From NCBI GenBank assembly GCA_963834385.1, contig CAWIBO010000002.1, positions 992,001 to 1,056,000 on the forward strand: DNA of 64,000 nt. The letters run 5' to 3'. The notes under the pieces were generated by a model. That model was not told the DNA's origin. It saw only the letters and a program-made list of their open reading frames with translations, and ran no database searches. The translations under genes were made by a program, and so were the position numbers. The stretch is from an uncultured Verrucomicrobiae bacterium. Its GTDB lineage: Bacteria; Verrucomicrobiota; Verrucomicrobiia; Chthoniobacterales; UBA10450. Below, piece by piece: positions 31,352 through 42,270 of this stretch. Numbering within the stretch: the first letter of the stretch is position 1; every line of letters begins with the position of its first letter.

Positions 31352-33289
31352 ATGCCCTTCAAGCGGACAATCATGATCTGCGCCATCGCCGTCGGCGTTC
31401 TGGCGGTGACGATCGGCGTGGAGGTGCGCGAACCGAAGGCCTACACCCAGCTCCGCCATCTCTACCGGGATGCCGTGGTCCGGGCCGGTCGGACCACGCC
31501 GCCCAACCCTGACCTCGTTTTTCTGGCGATTGATTCCGATTCGGTGGGCCTGGAGCAGGAGACCGACCTGCAGGAATTCTACGAGATCGACGATCCGACC
31601 TGCCTGAGGGCGCTCTCCCTCATGACCCAGCGTTACCCGTGGCCGCGCGAAGTCTACGCTTTGATCCTCGACCGCCTCATGGCGGCCGGAGCCCGGGTGG
31701 TTGTTTTCGATCTCACCTTTCCTTCCGCCACGGCGGACGACCCTCTTTTCCGTGCGGCGCTGGAGCGCTACCGCGACCGCGTGGTCGTGGGCAGCAACTT
31801 TGTCGACCCGAGCTGGAGCGGCGGATTTCAGCGCATCGGCGCAAGCCACACCCGGCCGACCGACACGTTGATTCCGCAGGATAAGCAGGACGATCGCGTG
31901 GCTTTCACCAACTTCTGGCCCGACGCCGACGATGTGGTCCGAAACGCGCAGTATCGGGTGACCTTCGAACAGGTGCAGGGGCGATCTCCCACGTCGGATT
32001 CCGAAGTCATGCTCTCCCTCGCGGCGCAAGCCCTGACCAAGGCGGGTTTCGGAGAGAAGGTGCCGGCGGGCCTCGAGGCGCGAGGGCTCCGGTTTACCGC
32101 GCCGCCGCGCCAGGGTTTCCTTCCGCGCTCAATCTTCGAGATTTTCGTCCCCGAGTACTGGACGCACAATTTCAAGTCGGGCGAGTCGTTGCGCGACAAG
32201 ATCATCCTGATCGGAGCGGAAGGAAACTGGCAGCACGACGAGCATCTCACTCCCTTCGGCATCATGGCCGGGCCCGAGATTCACCTGAACGCGCTCAACG
32301 CGGCGTTCCACGGGGAGTTTCTCAGCGAACTGCCCTTGCTGGCGGTGATTCAATTGACGACCGGCGCCGCTTTGGTTGCCGTCGTGCTGGCCCTGCTGGT
32401 CCGTTCCCCATGGCTCCGGCCCTTCCTGCTCATCCTGCTCAACGCCGGCGCGGGCGGCTTTGCCCTCTACGCCTTTGACCATCTCGACATCTACATTCCG
32501 CTGATTGGTCCCCTGGCCTGCCTGAACGCCGCCACCGTCTTCGGGCTGGTGGGAGACTTCGCCTTCGAGCGGGTCGAGAAAGGAAAAGTGCTGCGCACAC
32601 TCGAGCGCTACGTTTCCTCGGATGTCGCCGAGCGCATGCTCAACCCTGACAGCTCTTACGAGCGCGCCCTTGGCGGCGTTTCCAAGCCGGTCACGATTCT
32701 TTTCTCCGACGTGCGCGGTTTCTCCCGAATCGCCGCGGCCCGTGAGCCCCAGGTGCTCGTCGGACAGCTCAACGAGTATTTCACCGCCATGGTGGACTGC
32801 GTCTTTCGTCATGGCGGAACGATCGACAAGTTCATCGGCGATGCCGTCATGGCCGTTTGGGGTAGCGTGCACACCGCGGGGCTCTCCGAGGACGCCGTCA
32901 GCGCCTTGCACGCGGCCCTCGACATGGAACGGGAGCTGGCGCGCCTGAACCAGAACTGGCGCAAACGGGGCTGGCCCGAGCTGACCGTGGGCATCGCGAT
33001 CAACCACGGTGACGCGATTGTCGGCAATGTCGGGTCACCGAAGCGGATGGAGTTCACCGTCATCGGCGACGCCGTCAACGTGACCTGGAAACTGCAGGAG
33101 ATGACGAAGACAACAGGTTGTTCACCCCTCGTCAGCGCCTCGGTGCGGCAGCTCGCGGCAGAATTTTATGATTTCGACCTGGTCGATCGCTGCACTATCC
33201 CCGGCCTCTCCGGTGAAATAGAGATCTTTGCGCCGGGAGAACGCCTCGCCTCTTCCTCCGCCCAGGAGCTGGCCGAGGCCTCCGCCTGA
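31352..33289 (+). CDS. CHASE2-domain class III adenylate/guanylate cyclase
   Basis: VFLAIDS, YPWPR, VVFDL, D.DDVVR, MAGPEIH CHASE2; three TMs; LFSDVRGFS, IDKFIGDAVM, FTVIGDAVN. Confidence 0.92.
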   Translation: MPFKRTIMICAIAVGVLAVTIGVEVREPKAYTQLRHLYRDAVVRAGRTTPPNPDLVFLAIDSDSVGLEQETDLQEFYEIDDPTCLRALSLMTQRYPWPREVYALILDRLMAAGARVVVFDLTFPSATADDPLFRAALERYRDRVVVGSNFVDPSWSGGFQRIGASHTRPTDTLIPQDKQDDRVAFTNFWPDADDVVRNAQYRVTFEQVQGRSPTSDSEVMLSLAAQALTKAGFGEKVPAGLEARGLRFTAPPRQGFLPRSIFEIFVPEYWTHNFKSGESLRDKIILIGAEGNWQHDEHLTPFGIMAGPEIHLNALNAAFHGEFLSELPLLAVIQLTTGAALVAVVLALLVRSPWLRPFLLILLNAGAGGFALYAFDHLDIYIPLIGPLACLNAATVFGLVGDFAFERVEKGKVLRTLERYVSSDVAERMLNPDSSYERALGGVSKPVTILFSDVRGFSRIAAAREPQVLVGQLNEYFTAMVDCVFRHGGTIDKFIGDAVMAVWGSVHTAGLSEDAVSALHAALDMERELARLNQNWRKRGWPELTVGIAINHGDAIVGNVGSPKRMEFTVIGDAVNVTWKLQEMTKTTGCSPLVSASVRQLAAEFYDFDLVDRCTIPGLSGEIEIFAPGERLASSSAQELAEASA

Positions 33290-33570
33290 GACCCGCTCAG
33301 GCCGCGCGCGCGGGCGGGGGCGCCTTGCGCTTGTCGCGCACATTCCGCATCTCCACTGTCTGGCGCGGGTGACAATTTTCGCACCAGTGCCGTTTGGAGG
33401 CTTCCAGCCGCGCGCGATGACCGCACTGGTCGCAAATGAAAAACTCCATCTTCACCCGGGGACGCTGCATGGCTTTTAGGCGCTACCATGGGAAATCGGG
33501 TTGCGCGAGGCAATTTTCCGTGGCGGCACCCGAAAAATCATGGCACAACTTCGGCTTCCTTCCCCCCGGA

Positions 33571-34086
33571 ATGAGATATCTCCCCCTTTTCCTCGGCCTG
33601 CTTCTGCTCGCGACCGCCCCGCTCCAGGGTGCCGGCCCCTTTCCCTCCACCGGGCCGGTGGTGCCGGGCCGCACCGCCAAACTAAAAGGCGGCATCGCCC
33701 ACGCGCCGGCCGAAGCGCCCTTGGCTGTGAAACGAGCCATCTGGGCGGCGAACCAGCTCCGCTCCAAACCATACCGCTACGGCGGAGGTCATCGCTCCTT
33801 TCGCGACAACGCCTATGATTGTTCCGGCACGGTTTCCTACGCGCTCGGCGCGGCCGGCCTGCTGAAGAGCCCGATCCCTTCGAGCGGTTTCCGTCTTTAC
33901 GGCAAATCGGGTCGCGGGAAATGGATCACGGTCTATGCGCGACGCGGACATACCTTTGCCGTGATCGCTGGTCTTCGCCTCGACACCACGCCGTTTAACG
34001 CCTGGCGCGGGCGGTGGGCTCCCCGCTGGTATCCCAATTACCGCCATCCCTCAGGATTCACGGCCCGACATCCGGCCGGCCTCTAA
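33571..34086 (+). CDS. NlpC/P60-like peptidoglycan endopeptidase
   Basis: Signal peptide; PYRYGGGH, YDCSG, HTFAVIAG. Confidence 0.8.
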   Translation: MRYLPLFLGLLLLATAPLQGAGPFPSTGPVVPGRTAKLKGGIAHAPAEAPLAVKRAIWAANQLRSKPYRYGGGHRSFRDNAYDCSGTVSYALGAAGLLKSPIPSSGFRLYGKSGRGKWITVYARRGHTFAVIAGLRLDTTPFNAWRGRWAPRWYPNYRHPSGFTARHPAGL

Positions 34087-34117
34087 GCTTCGGATTTTCG
34101 CTCAGCTCGTCAAAGAT

Positions 34118-34165
34118 GGACATGCGGAAGCATGTCCCTCCGGAGGGATGCGCTTCCGCGCGTCC
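34118..34165. repeat. Back-to-back REP-like palindromic doublet
   Basis: GGACATGC-GGAA-GCATGTCC-CTCC followed by GGAG-GGATGCGC-TTCC-GCGCGTCC, between convergent genes. Confidence 0.7.
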
Positions 34166-34215
34166 AGAATGTTCCGGAGCTTTTGCCTCCGCGAGGAGCG
34201 GCGGATGGCGCGGCG

Positions 34216-35646
34216 CTAAAGTTTCAGACCGGTCACCCGTCTCCACCTGCCAGCGCTTGATCTCATCGGTCAACCGCGCCACCACTTCCCGGTTCTCCGG
34301 GAGATCAATCACGTTTTCCGTTTCCCATGGGTCCCGGTGCACTTGGTAAAGCTCGTTCAGATCGCGGTCACGCAGACTGAGCTTCCAGCCGTCGGCCGTT
34401 ACCACCATCCGGGTGGATTCCGCCAGCGCTTTTTTCGCCTCTTCCTTCGGCACCTGCGAGTCCCTCGCGAACTTCATCCGGTTGGGTGACCACTCGACAA
34501 AGGCAGGGCGAGACGGTTCTTCCTCACCGTTGAGCAGGGGAAGAAGGCTGCGGCCGACACATTGTCCGCCGGCGCGCCGCCGAGCAGGTCAAGCAGAGTG
34601 GGAAGGAAATCGATGTGACTGACCGGGTGGGAGACGCGCCGGCCCGGCTCACCGGGCAACCGCAGGAGCCAGGGCACCCGCACGGAAGGGTCGAACATGA
34701 CTTCTTTGCCGAAAAGATGATGGCCGCCCAGCATGTCGCCGTGGTCGCTCGTGTGCACCACGATCGTCCGCCCGGCGTTGCCGGTTTCCTCCAGGCAACG
34801 CAGGATCCCGCCGATGCTCTGGTCGACCAGCGTGATCAGGCCGTAATAACGGCGCCGAATCTCGCGGTAATCTTCCCGCGTCAGCCCGAAGTAAAGAACA
34901 TTGGCCCCTTCCTCGTGGCCCTCGATCGCCTCGGTCCGCTGCCATTCGCGCATGAGGCGGTATCGCAGGGGAATGTCCTCCCGCGGAGGCGCCTCGGCCG
35001 TGGGATCGAGTTCAATCCCGGCCGCGTCATGCTCGTCGTTCAACGGCCCGTTGTAGGGCGAATGCGGCTCAACAAACGCGACAAAGAGGATAAAGGGGCG
35101 GTCCCGGTGCTGCCGGATAAACTCGCACGCGTGTTCTTCCAGGAACCGCGGCTTGGAAAGTTCCGCCGGCAGGGTGCTGACCTTCCGCCGCGAAAAAGTC
35201 TTGTTGGAACGATCGGGCTGGATGCCCTGCCCGAGCAGATATTGCTGGTAGTCGCTCACCTTTTCCGTCGAGACCCACTGGGTGAACCCCCGTTGCGCGG
35301 AAGAATTGTCGCCCAGATGCCATTTTCCGAAGTAGGCGGCGGTGTAGTCAGGGTCGTCCAGAAGCTCCGGCAAACCCCGGAACTCCGCCCCCAGCACCTC
35401 GTTGTTTCGCGTGCAGCCGGTCTGGTGAGGCCAGCGCCCCGACATCAGTGAAGCCCGCGACGGGGTGCAAACGGGCTGGGTGACGTAGGCGCGCTCAAAG
35501 ACCACGGACTCGGCCGCGAGGCGGTTCAGGTTTGGCGCGTGGACTTTATCGTTGCCGTAGGCCGCCAGGGTGTCAAAACGCTGCTGGTCGGGCAGAAAGA
35601 CGACCAGGTTCGGTTTCCGGGGCAATTGTGCTGCGTTCCAGGCCAT
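34216..35646 (-). CDS. Formylglycine-dependent sulfatase; indel near 34555 and probably near the 3' end
   Basis: [43 protein letters not shown]...DPWETEN; stop position inferred. Confidence 0.88.
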
Positions 35647-35751
35647 AAATCGGTCCTAGCAGCTACATCTGACCGGCTTCCCATGCGAGCGCGAAGAATC
35701 CCCCGTGGCCACTCGCGTCCCCGCGGTTTCTGGCTATGTTTTGGCTCCCAC

Positions 35752-36516
35752 ATGAGCGAACTCGTTATCAATAACCTCCATGTCTCCATCGGCGAACAGG
35801 AGATCATCCGCGGCCTGACCCTTTCCGTGCCCCGCGGGGAAGTCCACGCCATCATGGGGCCGAACGGCTCCGGCAAGAGCACCCTGGCCAAGATCATTGC
35901 CGGCCACCCGGATTACACGGTCACCAGCGGCGAAGTCCTGATGGACGGCGAAAACGTTCTCGAACTGGAGGCCGACCAGCGTGCGCGCCAGGGCATTTTC
36001 CTCGCCTTCCAGTATCCCAGCGAAATTCCGGGCGTTTCCATCGCCAATTTCCTCCGCGCCGCGGTGCAGGCCCGGCTGCCGGACGGGGAGGAGCTCGAGG
36101 CGACGGATTATTACGCGAAGCTTTACGAGAAAATGGACCTGCTCGAGATGGACCGATCCTTCACCTCGCGCTCGGTCAACGAAGGGTTCTCCGGCGGGGA
36201 AAAGAAGCGGAACGAGATTCTCCAGCTGGCCATGCTCGAGCCGAAATACGCCGTGCTCGACGAGACGGACAGCGGCCTCGACATCGACGCCCTGAAGGTC
36301 GTGGCCAACGGCGTCAACACCCTGCGCGGCCCGAACCTCGGCATCCTCCTGATCACCCACTACCAGCGCCTCTTGAACTACATTGTGCCCGATCACGTCC
36401 ACGTCATGGTCCAGGGGCGTATCGTCCGGAGCGGCGGCAAGGAACTGGCCCTCGAGCTGGAAGAGAAAGGCTACGACTGGATCAGGGAAGAGCGGCGCGA
36501 ACCTGCGGTGGCTTGA
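35752..36516 (+). CDS. sufC: Fe-S assembly ATPase SufC
   Basis: [47 protein letters not shown]. Confidence 0.97.
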   Translation: MSELVINNLHVSIGEQEIIRGLTLSVPRGEVHAIMGPNGSGKSTLAKIIAGHPDYTVTSGEVLMDGENVLELEADQRARQGIFLAFQYPSEIPGVSIANFLRAAVQARLPDGEELEATDYYAKLYEKMDLLEMDRSFTSRSVNEGFSGGEKKRNEILQLAMLEPKYAVLDETDSGLDIDALKVVANGVNTLRGPNLGILLITHYQRLLNYIVPDHVHVMVQGRIVRSGGKELALELEEKGYDWIREERREPAVA

Positions 36517-36520
36517 AATT

Positions 36521-37930
36521 ATGAAGACACAGACATCCCCCCTCGAGATTGAACGGAACAAGGGCGATTTTCGCTATGATGTGCCGGCTTTGCACGACGC
36601 CGGCGTCGGCCTGACGGAGGACACGGTCCACTTCATTTCCAATATCAAGGAGGACCCGGACTGGGTCCGCGAGTTCCGGCTGAACGGGTACCGCACCTTT
36701 CTGAGCAAGCCGATGCCGACGCATTGGGCGAGCAAGGACCTGGAAAGCATCGTTTTCGACAAGATCCGCTACTATCTGAGCAGCGGGACCCAGCCGAAAC
36801 GGAGCTGGGACGATGTCCCGGAAGACGTGAAGCGGACTTTCGAGCGGCTCGGCATCCCGGAGCAGGAACGAAAATTCCTCGCGGGCGTGGAGGCGCAGTT
36901 CGACAGCGAGGCGGTCTATTCCAACATCAAGGCCGCGGTCGGCGAACAAGGGGTCATCTTTGTCGGCTCGACCGAGGGCCTGAAGAATCACCCCGAGATT
37001 TTCCGGAAGTGGTTCGGCAAGGTCATCCCGACGGGCGACAACAAGTTCAGCGCGCTGAACTCGGCTGTCTTCAGCGGGGGTTCATTCATCTATGTCCCGC
37101 CCGGGGTGAAGGTGAAGCACCCGCTCCAGGCTTATTTCCGGATCAACGCCGAGAACTTCGGGCAGTTCGAGCGGACCCTGATCATCGCCGACGAAGGCTC
37201 GGAAGTGACCTACATGGAAGGGTGCACCGCGCCGAAGTTCAACACCGCCACCCTGCACAGCGCGGTGGTGGAGCTGGTCGCGCTGAAGGGCGCCAAGATC
37301 CAGTACATCACGGTGCAAAACTGGTCGAACAACGTCTTCAACCTGGTGACCAAACGCGGCCTGGCCCACGAAGAGGCCGAGGTGAAATGGATCGATTGCA
37401 ACATCGGTTCCCGTCTGACGATGAAATATCCGGGCGTGGTCATGAAAGGCCGCAAGGCCCGCGGCGAAGTGCTTTCCATCGCGCTGGCCGGCGACGGCCA
37501 GCACCAGGATACCGGCGCCAAGATGGTGCACGCCGCGGATGAAACCACTTCCAACATCATTTCGAAATCGATCTCGATCGGGACCGGACGGGCCACTTAT
37601 CGCGGCCTGGTGCATGTCCCGAAGCACCTGAAGAACTGCAAGAACAACACCGAGTGCGATGCCCTTCTCATCAACGCCAACAGCCGGACCGACACCTACC
37701 CGGCAATCACGGTCCGCGGCACCGGCAACGCCGTCCAGCACGAGGCCAGCGTCAGCCAGGTCAGCGCGGAGCAGATCTTCTACATGCAGCAGCGCGGTCT
37801 CTCCGAGGCCCAGGCCATGAGCCTGAGCGTGAATGGTTTCGTCAACGACCTCGTCCGCCAATTCCCCATGGAATACAGCGTGGAGCTCAAGCGCCTGATC
37901 GAGCTTGAGATGGAGGGATCTGTCGGCTAA
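36521..37930 (+). CDS. sufB: Fe-S assembly protein SufB
   Basis: [36 protein letters not shown] end. Confidence 0.97.
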   Translation: MKTQTSPLEIERNKGDFRYDVPALHDAGVGLTEDTVHFISNIKEDPDWVREFRLNGYRTFLSKPMPTHWASKDLESIVFDKIRYYLSSGTQPKRSWDDVPEDVKRTFERLGIPEQERKFLAGVEAQFDSEAVYSNIKAAVGEQGVIFVGSTEGLKNHPEIFRKWFGKVIPTGDNKFSALNSAVFSGGSFIYVPPGVKVKHPLQAYFRINAENFGQFERTLIIADEGSEVTYMEGCTAPKFNTATLHSAVVELVALKGAKIQYITVQNWSNNVFNLVTKRGLAHEEAEVKWIDCNIGSRLTMKYPGVVMKGRKARGEVLSIALAGDGQHQDTGAKMVHAADETTSNIISKSISIGTGRATYRGLVHVPKHLKNCKNNTECDALLINANSRTDTYPAITVRGTGNAVQHEASVSQVSAEQIFYMQQRGLSEAQAMSLSVNGFVNDLVRQFPMEYSVELKRLIELEMEGSVG

Positions 37931-37999
37931 TTTCCGCCGCCACAAGCACGCACGGTCGCGGCGGTCTCCCGGCCGCCGTTTGCGTCTCTGGAGCGAACC

Positions 38000-39355
38000 A
38001 TGAGTAACGACACAGCCGTTCTTGAACCACCCATGTCTGAGGAACGGAGCCCGCAAAGCAATCCCATCCTGGCTCCGGCCGGGGCGGCTCCGCATTTGCC
38101 CGCCTGGTTTGCCGAGCGGCAGCAGGCCGCCTGGGCGCGTTTCGAGGCGACTCCCGCCCCCGCGCGCAAGGAGCAGGCGTGGCGCTTCTCCAACGTCGAC
38201 GCCTTTGATCTCGCTCCCTGGCAGGATGCGGCCAAACCGGCGGCGGCGGTCGCGGGTGAATTGATTGATCGGTCGGTCGGTCTCGAGGAGACGGCGGCCC
38301 GGCTTGTTTTCGGGGACGACCACCTTCTCCAGCGCGATGCCGGTTCCCTGGGCGAACGGGGCGTCATCGTTCAGCCGCTCGAACGGGCGCTGGTTGAGCA
38401 TGAAGACCTTATCCGCCGCCATTTCATGTCGGAGCCTGCGATTCTTGGCGGAGCCCGGTTCGCCGCCCTGCACGAGGCCCGGGTGCGCTCCGGCGTTTTT
38501 ATCCACGTTCCGCGCGGGGTCACCCTCGAGGTTCCCATCGAGATCTTCCATTGGCTGCACGCCCCCAATTCCGCCGTCTTCCCGCACCTTCTGCTTGTCG
38601 CGGATGAGATGGCCCGGGTCACGGTGGTCGAACATTTCCGGTCGGCCGCCCCGGGCACGCCGGGCTTTTCCTGCGGGGTAAACGATCTGATCGCCGGCCC
38701 GGGCGCCCGGATCACCTACGCCTGTTTCCAGGATTGGGGCCGCGACGTCGTGGCCCTCCAGCTCAATACCACCACGGTCGAGCGCGATGCGGTCGCGACC
38801 AGCCTGAACCTGAACCTGGGCAGCCGCGTGTCGCGTTTCGAGAGCCTGAGCAAGCTGGCCGGCGAAAATTCGCGCAGCGACATGCTGGCCATCTCCGTGG
38901 CCGACGGCAAACAGGAGTTCGACGCGCGCACCCTGCAGGATCATGTTTCGCCGCACGCCACCAGCGATCTCCTTTTCAAGAACGCGCTCCAGGACCGCGC
39001 CCGCTGCACCTTCGGCGGTCTGATCCGGGTGGAACCGCACGCGCATTTCACCGACGCCTACCAGAAGGTTCGCAACCTTCTGCTGAGCGACGATGCCGAG
39101 GCCAACTCCATGCCCGGACTCGAGATCCTGGCCGATAACGTGAAGTGCAGCCATGGCGCCACCTCCGGGCAGATCGACGAGAGCGAGATGTTCTACCTGC
39201 TCTCCCGCGGAATTTCCTTGCCGGTGGCCCGCCACCTTCTTGTCTCCGGGTTCCTCAATGAGGTCGTGCAACGGCTCGACAACCCAAGGGTGGCCGAAAA
39301 AGTGCGCGAGCTGATCGAGGAAAAATTCGAACGTCACCGCGCGGTGGTGCTCTGA
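38000..39355 (+). CDS. sufD: Fe-S assembly protein SufD
   Basis: EQAWRF, PGLEILADNVKCSHGAT, FYLLSRGI; follows sufCB. Confidence 0.93.
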   Translation: MSNDTAVLEPPMSEERSPQSNPILAPAGAAPHLPAWFAERQQAAWARFEATPAPARKEQAWRFSNVDAFDLAPWQDAAKPAAAVAGELIDRSVGLEETAARLVFGDDHLLQRDAGSLGERGVIVQPLERALVEHEDLIRRHFMSEPAILGGARFAALHEARVRSGVFIHVPRGVTLEVPIEIFHWLHAPNSAVFPHLLLVADEMARVTVVEHFRSAAPGTPGFSCGVNDLIAGPGARITYACFQDWGRDVVALQLNTTTVERDAVATSLNLNLGSRVSRFESLSKLAGENSRSDMLAISVADGKQEFDARTLQDHVSPHATSDLLFKNALQDRARCTFGGLIRVEPHAHFTDAYQKVRNLLLSDDAEANSMPGLEILADNVKCSHGATSGQIDESEMFYLLSRGISLPVARHLLVSGFLNEVVQRLDNPRVAEKVRELIEEKFERHRAVVL

Positions 39356-39445
39356 GCGTGGCCTGCGCCGGCCCCTGCAGACACCTGCTGAAAGACGTGC
39401 CGGGCGATATTTACACCCCGTGGGAGCAGGCGGGATATTTCCACG

Positions 39446-41206
39446 ATGATGCGTCCTCAACCTGAGCCCCGTGCACGGAACATCTCGCGACGTCGTCTTT
39501 GGCGCGACGGCTTTACCCTTGGTCTCCTGATGGGCGCCCTGCCCTTGGCGCCCGCCCTGGCCCAGCGGACAGCAGTTGAAACCAGGGAAGCCATGGTTGT
39601 CTCCGGACACGAACTGGCCTCAGCCGCCGGAGTTGAGATCCTGAGAAAGGGCGGCAACGCCATTGATGCTGCCGTGGCCACCGGTTTTGCCCTCGCCGCG
39701 GTCTACCCTTTTTCCGGCAACCTCGGGGGCGGAGGGTTCATGCTCATCCACCTCGCTGACGGGCGCGAGCTCGCCCTCGACTACCGCGAGACCGCGCCCC
39801 GCGCCGCCGGGAAGGAAATGTTCCTTGGCCCCGACGGCCACGTTTCGCCCGGCGCCTCGACCCTTGGCTGGCGGGCCAGCGGTGTGCCCGGCACGGTGGC
39901 CGGGTTCGCCCACGCGCAGAAGAACTTCGGCTCGGGCAAGGTTTCCTGGCGCGACGTGATCGAGCCGGCGCGCCGGCTGGCGGCCAACGGCCACACGGTG
40001 TCGGCGGACGAGACGGAACGCTATCGCAAGCACGCGAAAGTGCTCGAACCGTTCACCGAGTCCCGCCGTCTCTATCTGAAAGAGGGCGCCTTCTGGAAGC
40101 CCGGCGACGTTTTCAAACAACCGGAGCTGGCCGCCACCCTCGCACGGCTGCAGAAGGAAGGACCGCGCGAGTTTTACGAGGGAAAAACAGCGGAACTGAT
40201 CGCCGGAGCCATGAAGGAGAACGGCGGCACGATCACTCTGTCCGATCTGAAGGATTACAAGGTGGTCGAACGCGAGCCGCTGCGCGGGAGTTATCGCGGC
40301 CACGAAATCGTCACCATGCCACTGCCGAGCTCCGGCGGGATCGCCCTCCTGCAAATGCTGGGGATGCTGGAGCCTTTTCCCGTCTCCCGTTTCGGGCACA
40401 ACGGCGCCGAAAAATATCACCTTTTTACCGAGGTAATGCGCCGCGCTTTCCGCGACCGGACGGAGCACCCGGGCGACCCCGCCTTCGTCAAGGTGCCCGT
40501 GGCTGGCCTGCTCGCGCCCGGTTACCTCGCCGGCTTGATGAAAAATTTCGACCCGGACAAGGCTACTCCCAGCAAAGGGCTGGCCGCGGGCCGGCCCGCG
40601 GAAGCAAACGAGACCACGCATTTCTCGACGGTGGACGCGGCCGGCAATGCGGTGGCCAATACTTACACGCTCAACGGCGCCTTTGGCAGCGGGGTCACCA
40701 TCCCCGGCACCGGCATCCTGATGAACAACGAGATGGACGACTTCACCGCCAAGGTCGGCGTGATGAACGCCTACGACCTGTTGCAGGGGGAACAGAATGC
40801 CATCGCCCCGGGCAAGCGTCCGCTTTCCTCCATGACGCCCACCATGGTCTTTCGGGAGGGAAAACTTTTACTGGTCACGGGCAGCCCGGGCGGCCCGACG
40901 ATTATCAGCACCGTGCTGCAGGTCATCACCAACGTGATCGATCACGGGATGCCGGTGATGGCGGCGGTCGAAGCGCCCCGCATCCATCACCAGTGGATGC
41001 CGGACGAAATCACGCATGAGCGTTACGGCATGTCCCCCGAGACCATGGAAAAACTGCGTGCGCTGGGTCACAAAGTGAGGCAGCGCGAAAGTTACGAGGG
41101 CCAGTATCAGGGCGATGCCGAAACCATCGCCATCGATGCCCAAACCGGTCGTCGCCTGGGCGCGGCCGACCCGCGCAAAGGCGATTCCGCCGCCCTCGGG
41201 TTTTGA
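39446..41206 (+). CDS. ggt: Gamma-glutamyltransferase (possible Tat signal)
   Basis: GGNAIDAAVA, GGGGFM, DYRETAP, ETTHFS, NNEMDDF, PGKRPLSSM, GSPGG. Confidence 0.95.
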   Translation: MMRPQPEPRARNISRRRLWRDGFTLGLLMGALPLAPALAQRTAVETREAMVVSGHELASAAGVEILRKGGNAIDAAVATGFALAAVYPFSGNLGGGGFMLIHLADGRELALDYRETAPRAAGKEMFLGPDGHVSPGASTLGWRASGVPGTVAGFAHAQKNFGSGKVSWRDVIEPARRLAANGHTVSADETERYRKHAKVLEPFTESRRLYLKEGAFWKPGDVFKQPELAATLARLQKEGPREFYEGKTAELIAGAMKENGGTITLSDLKDYKVVEREPLRGSYRGHEIVTMPLPSSGGIALLQMLGMLEPFPVSRFGHNGAEKYHLFTEVMRRAFRDRTEHPGDPAFVKVPVAGLLAPGYLAGLMKNFDPDKATPSKGLAAGRPAEANETTHFSTVDAAGNAVANTYTLNGAFGSGVTIPGTGILMNNEMDDFTAKVGVMNAYDLLQGEQNAIAPGKRPLSSMTPTMVFREGKLLLVTGSPGGPTIISTVLQVITNVIDHGMPVMAAVEAPRIHHQWMPDEITHERYGMSPETMEKLRALGHKVRQRESYEGQYQGDAETIAIDAQTGRRLGAADPRKGDSAALGF

Positions 41207-41238
41207 GCAGGCGTCCGGGCCCCCGCGGATAAGCGCTG

Positions 41239-42267
41239 CTATTTCTCGGCGTAGCTTTTAACGATGGCCGCGGCGGTTTCCCGCACCCGCCGCGCCAGTT
41301 CCGCCGGCTCCAGCACCTTGACATGCGCACCCCAGCTCAGGATCCACCGCTCAATTTCCTCCAGGCCGCCCAGTTGCATCTCCAGGATCAGGCCGCCGTT
41401 CTTCTCCAGCCGGATGCGCTGCGATTCATGCCAGGTGCGTTCCGCCACAAGGCGCCCGGCAAAGGCGTCGAAATGAAGGCGGATCCGGTTCTTCCGTCCC
41501 CCGGCAAAAACGCCGAAGCTTCCGCTCAGCACCCGTGAGATGGAAAAGTCCGACGGCCGCGTAAACCGGCGGGGCGTCAGCCGCAGGTGGCGGATACGGG
41601 GCAGGGCGAAGGTGCGCAACTGCTGACGGTCCGCGTCCTCCGCGAAGAGATACCATTGGTGCTCGAGGGAGGCGAGGTGATAGGGACGCGCCACGCGCGG
41701 TTCAAAGCGGCTGCTTTTCAGGCCGCGATATTCGAACTCCACCTCGACCGAACGCATGACGGCGCGACTCGCCAGTTCAAACAATTCCAGGTCGGCCACA
41801 CTCGCCCCGACGCTGCGGAAGGAGATGGCCTCGTCCAGGTCGGCCCAGGAAAACGAAACCCGGTCGGCCAGGCTGCCGGTTAGCTTCGAGAAAGCCGTGT
41901 GGAGCGGCTTCTCGAACGGTGTGCCCCGGTATTGCGCCAGCGCCTTTTCCGCCACGAAAAGCGCGGCCACCTCGCCCTCGGACACTTCCACGCTGGGAAA
42001 GGCGGAGACCGGCTCGGTGTAATAGAAGCCGAAACGCAGCGGATCATACTCGATCGGCAGGCCGAGCTGGTCGCGCATGAAATCGATGTCGCGCTGGATC
42101 GTCTTGGGCGACACCTCCAGCTCGGCCGCGACCTTGCGGCAGTTGGGAAAGCGTCGCGCCTTCAACTGCGAGTGGAGCTGCATCATGCGGTAGAGCGGGG
42201 GACGCGAAGCGGTGCCCCGGCCGGAGGGAGCCGGGAGCGGCCCCGAAACTTTTTTGGAAATCTTCAT
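41239..42267 (-). CDS. wHTH-WYL-WCX transcriptional regulator (YafY/PafB/DriD-like)
   Basis: AELEVSPKTIQRDI HTH, RPYHL...WYL, RTFALPRI, WILSWG..VKVLEP. Confidence 0.92.
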   Translation of the reverse strand: MKISKKVSGPLPAPSGRGTASRPPLYRMMQLHSQLKARRFPNCRKVAAELEVSPKTIQRDIDFMRDQLGLPIEYDPLRFGFYYTEPVSAFPSVEVSEGEVAALFVAEKALAQYRGTPFEKPLHTAFSKLTGSLADRVSFSWADLDEAISFRSVGASVADLELFELASRAVMRSVEVEFEYRGLKSSRFEPRVARPYHLASLEHQWYLFAEDADRQQLRTFALPRIRHLRLTPRRFTRPSDFSISRVLSGSFGVFAGGRKNRIRLHFDAFAGRLVAERTWHESQRIRLEKNGGLILEMQLGGLEEIERWILSWGAHVKVLEPAELARRVRETAAAIVKSYAEK

Positions 42268-42270
42268 GTG

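Noticed and set aside
35752..39355. sufCBD without sufS/sufE as a novel minimal system
   Set aside because: Split suf loci are common; the missing genes may be elsewhere in the genome
37082..39610. Long antisense ORFs (842 aa here, and similar ones opposite other genes)
   Set aside because: Expected stop-poor shadow frames in high-GC DNA; no recognisable motifs
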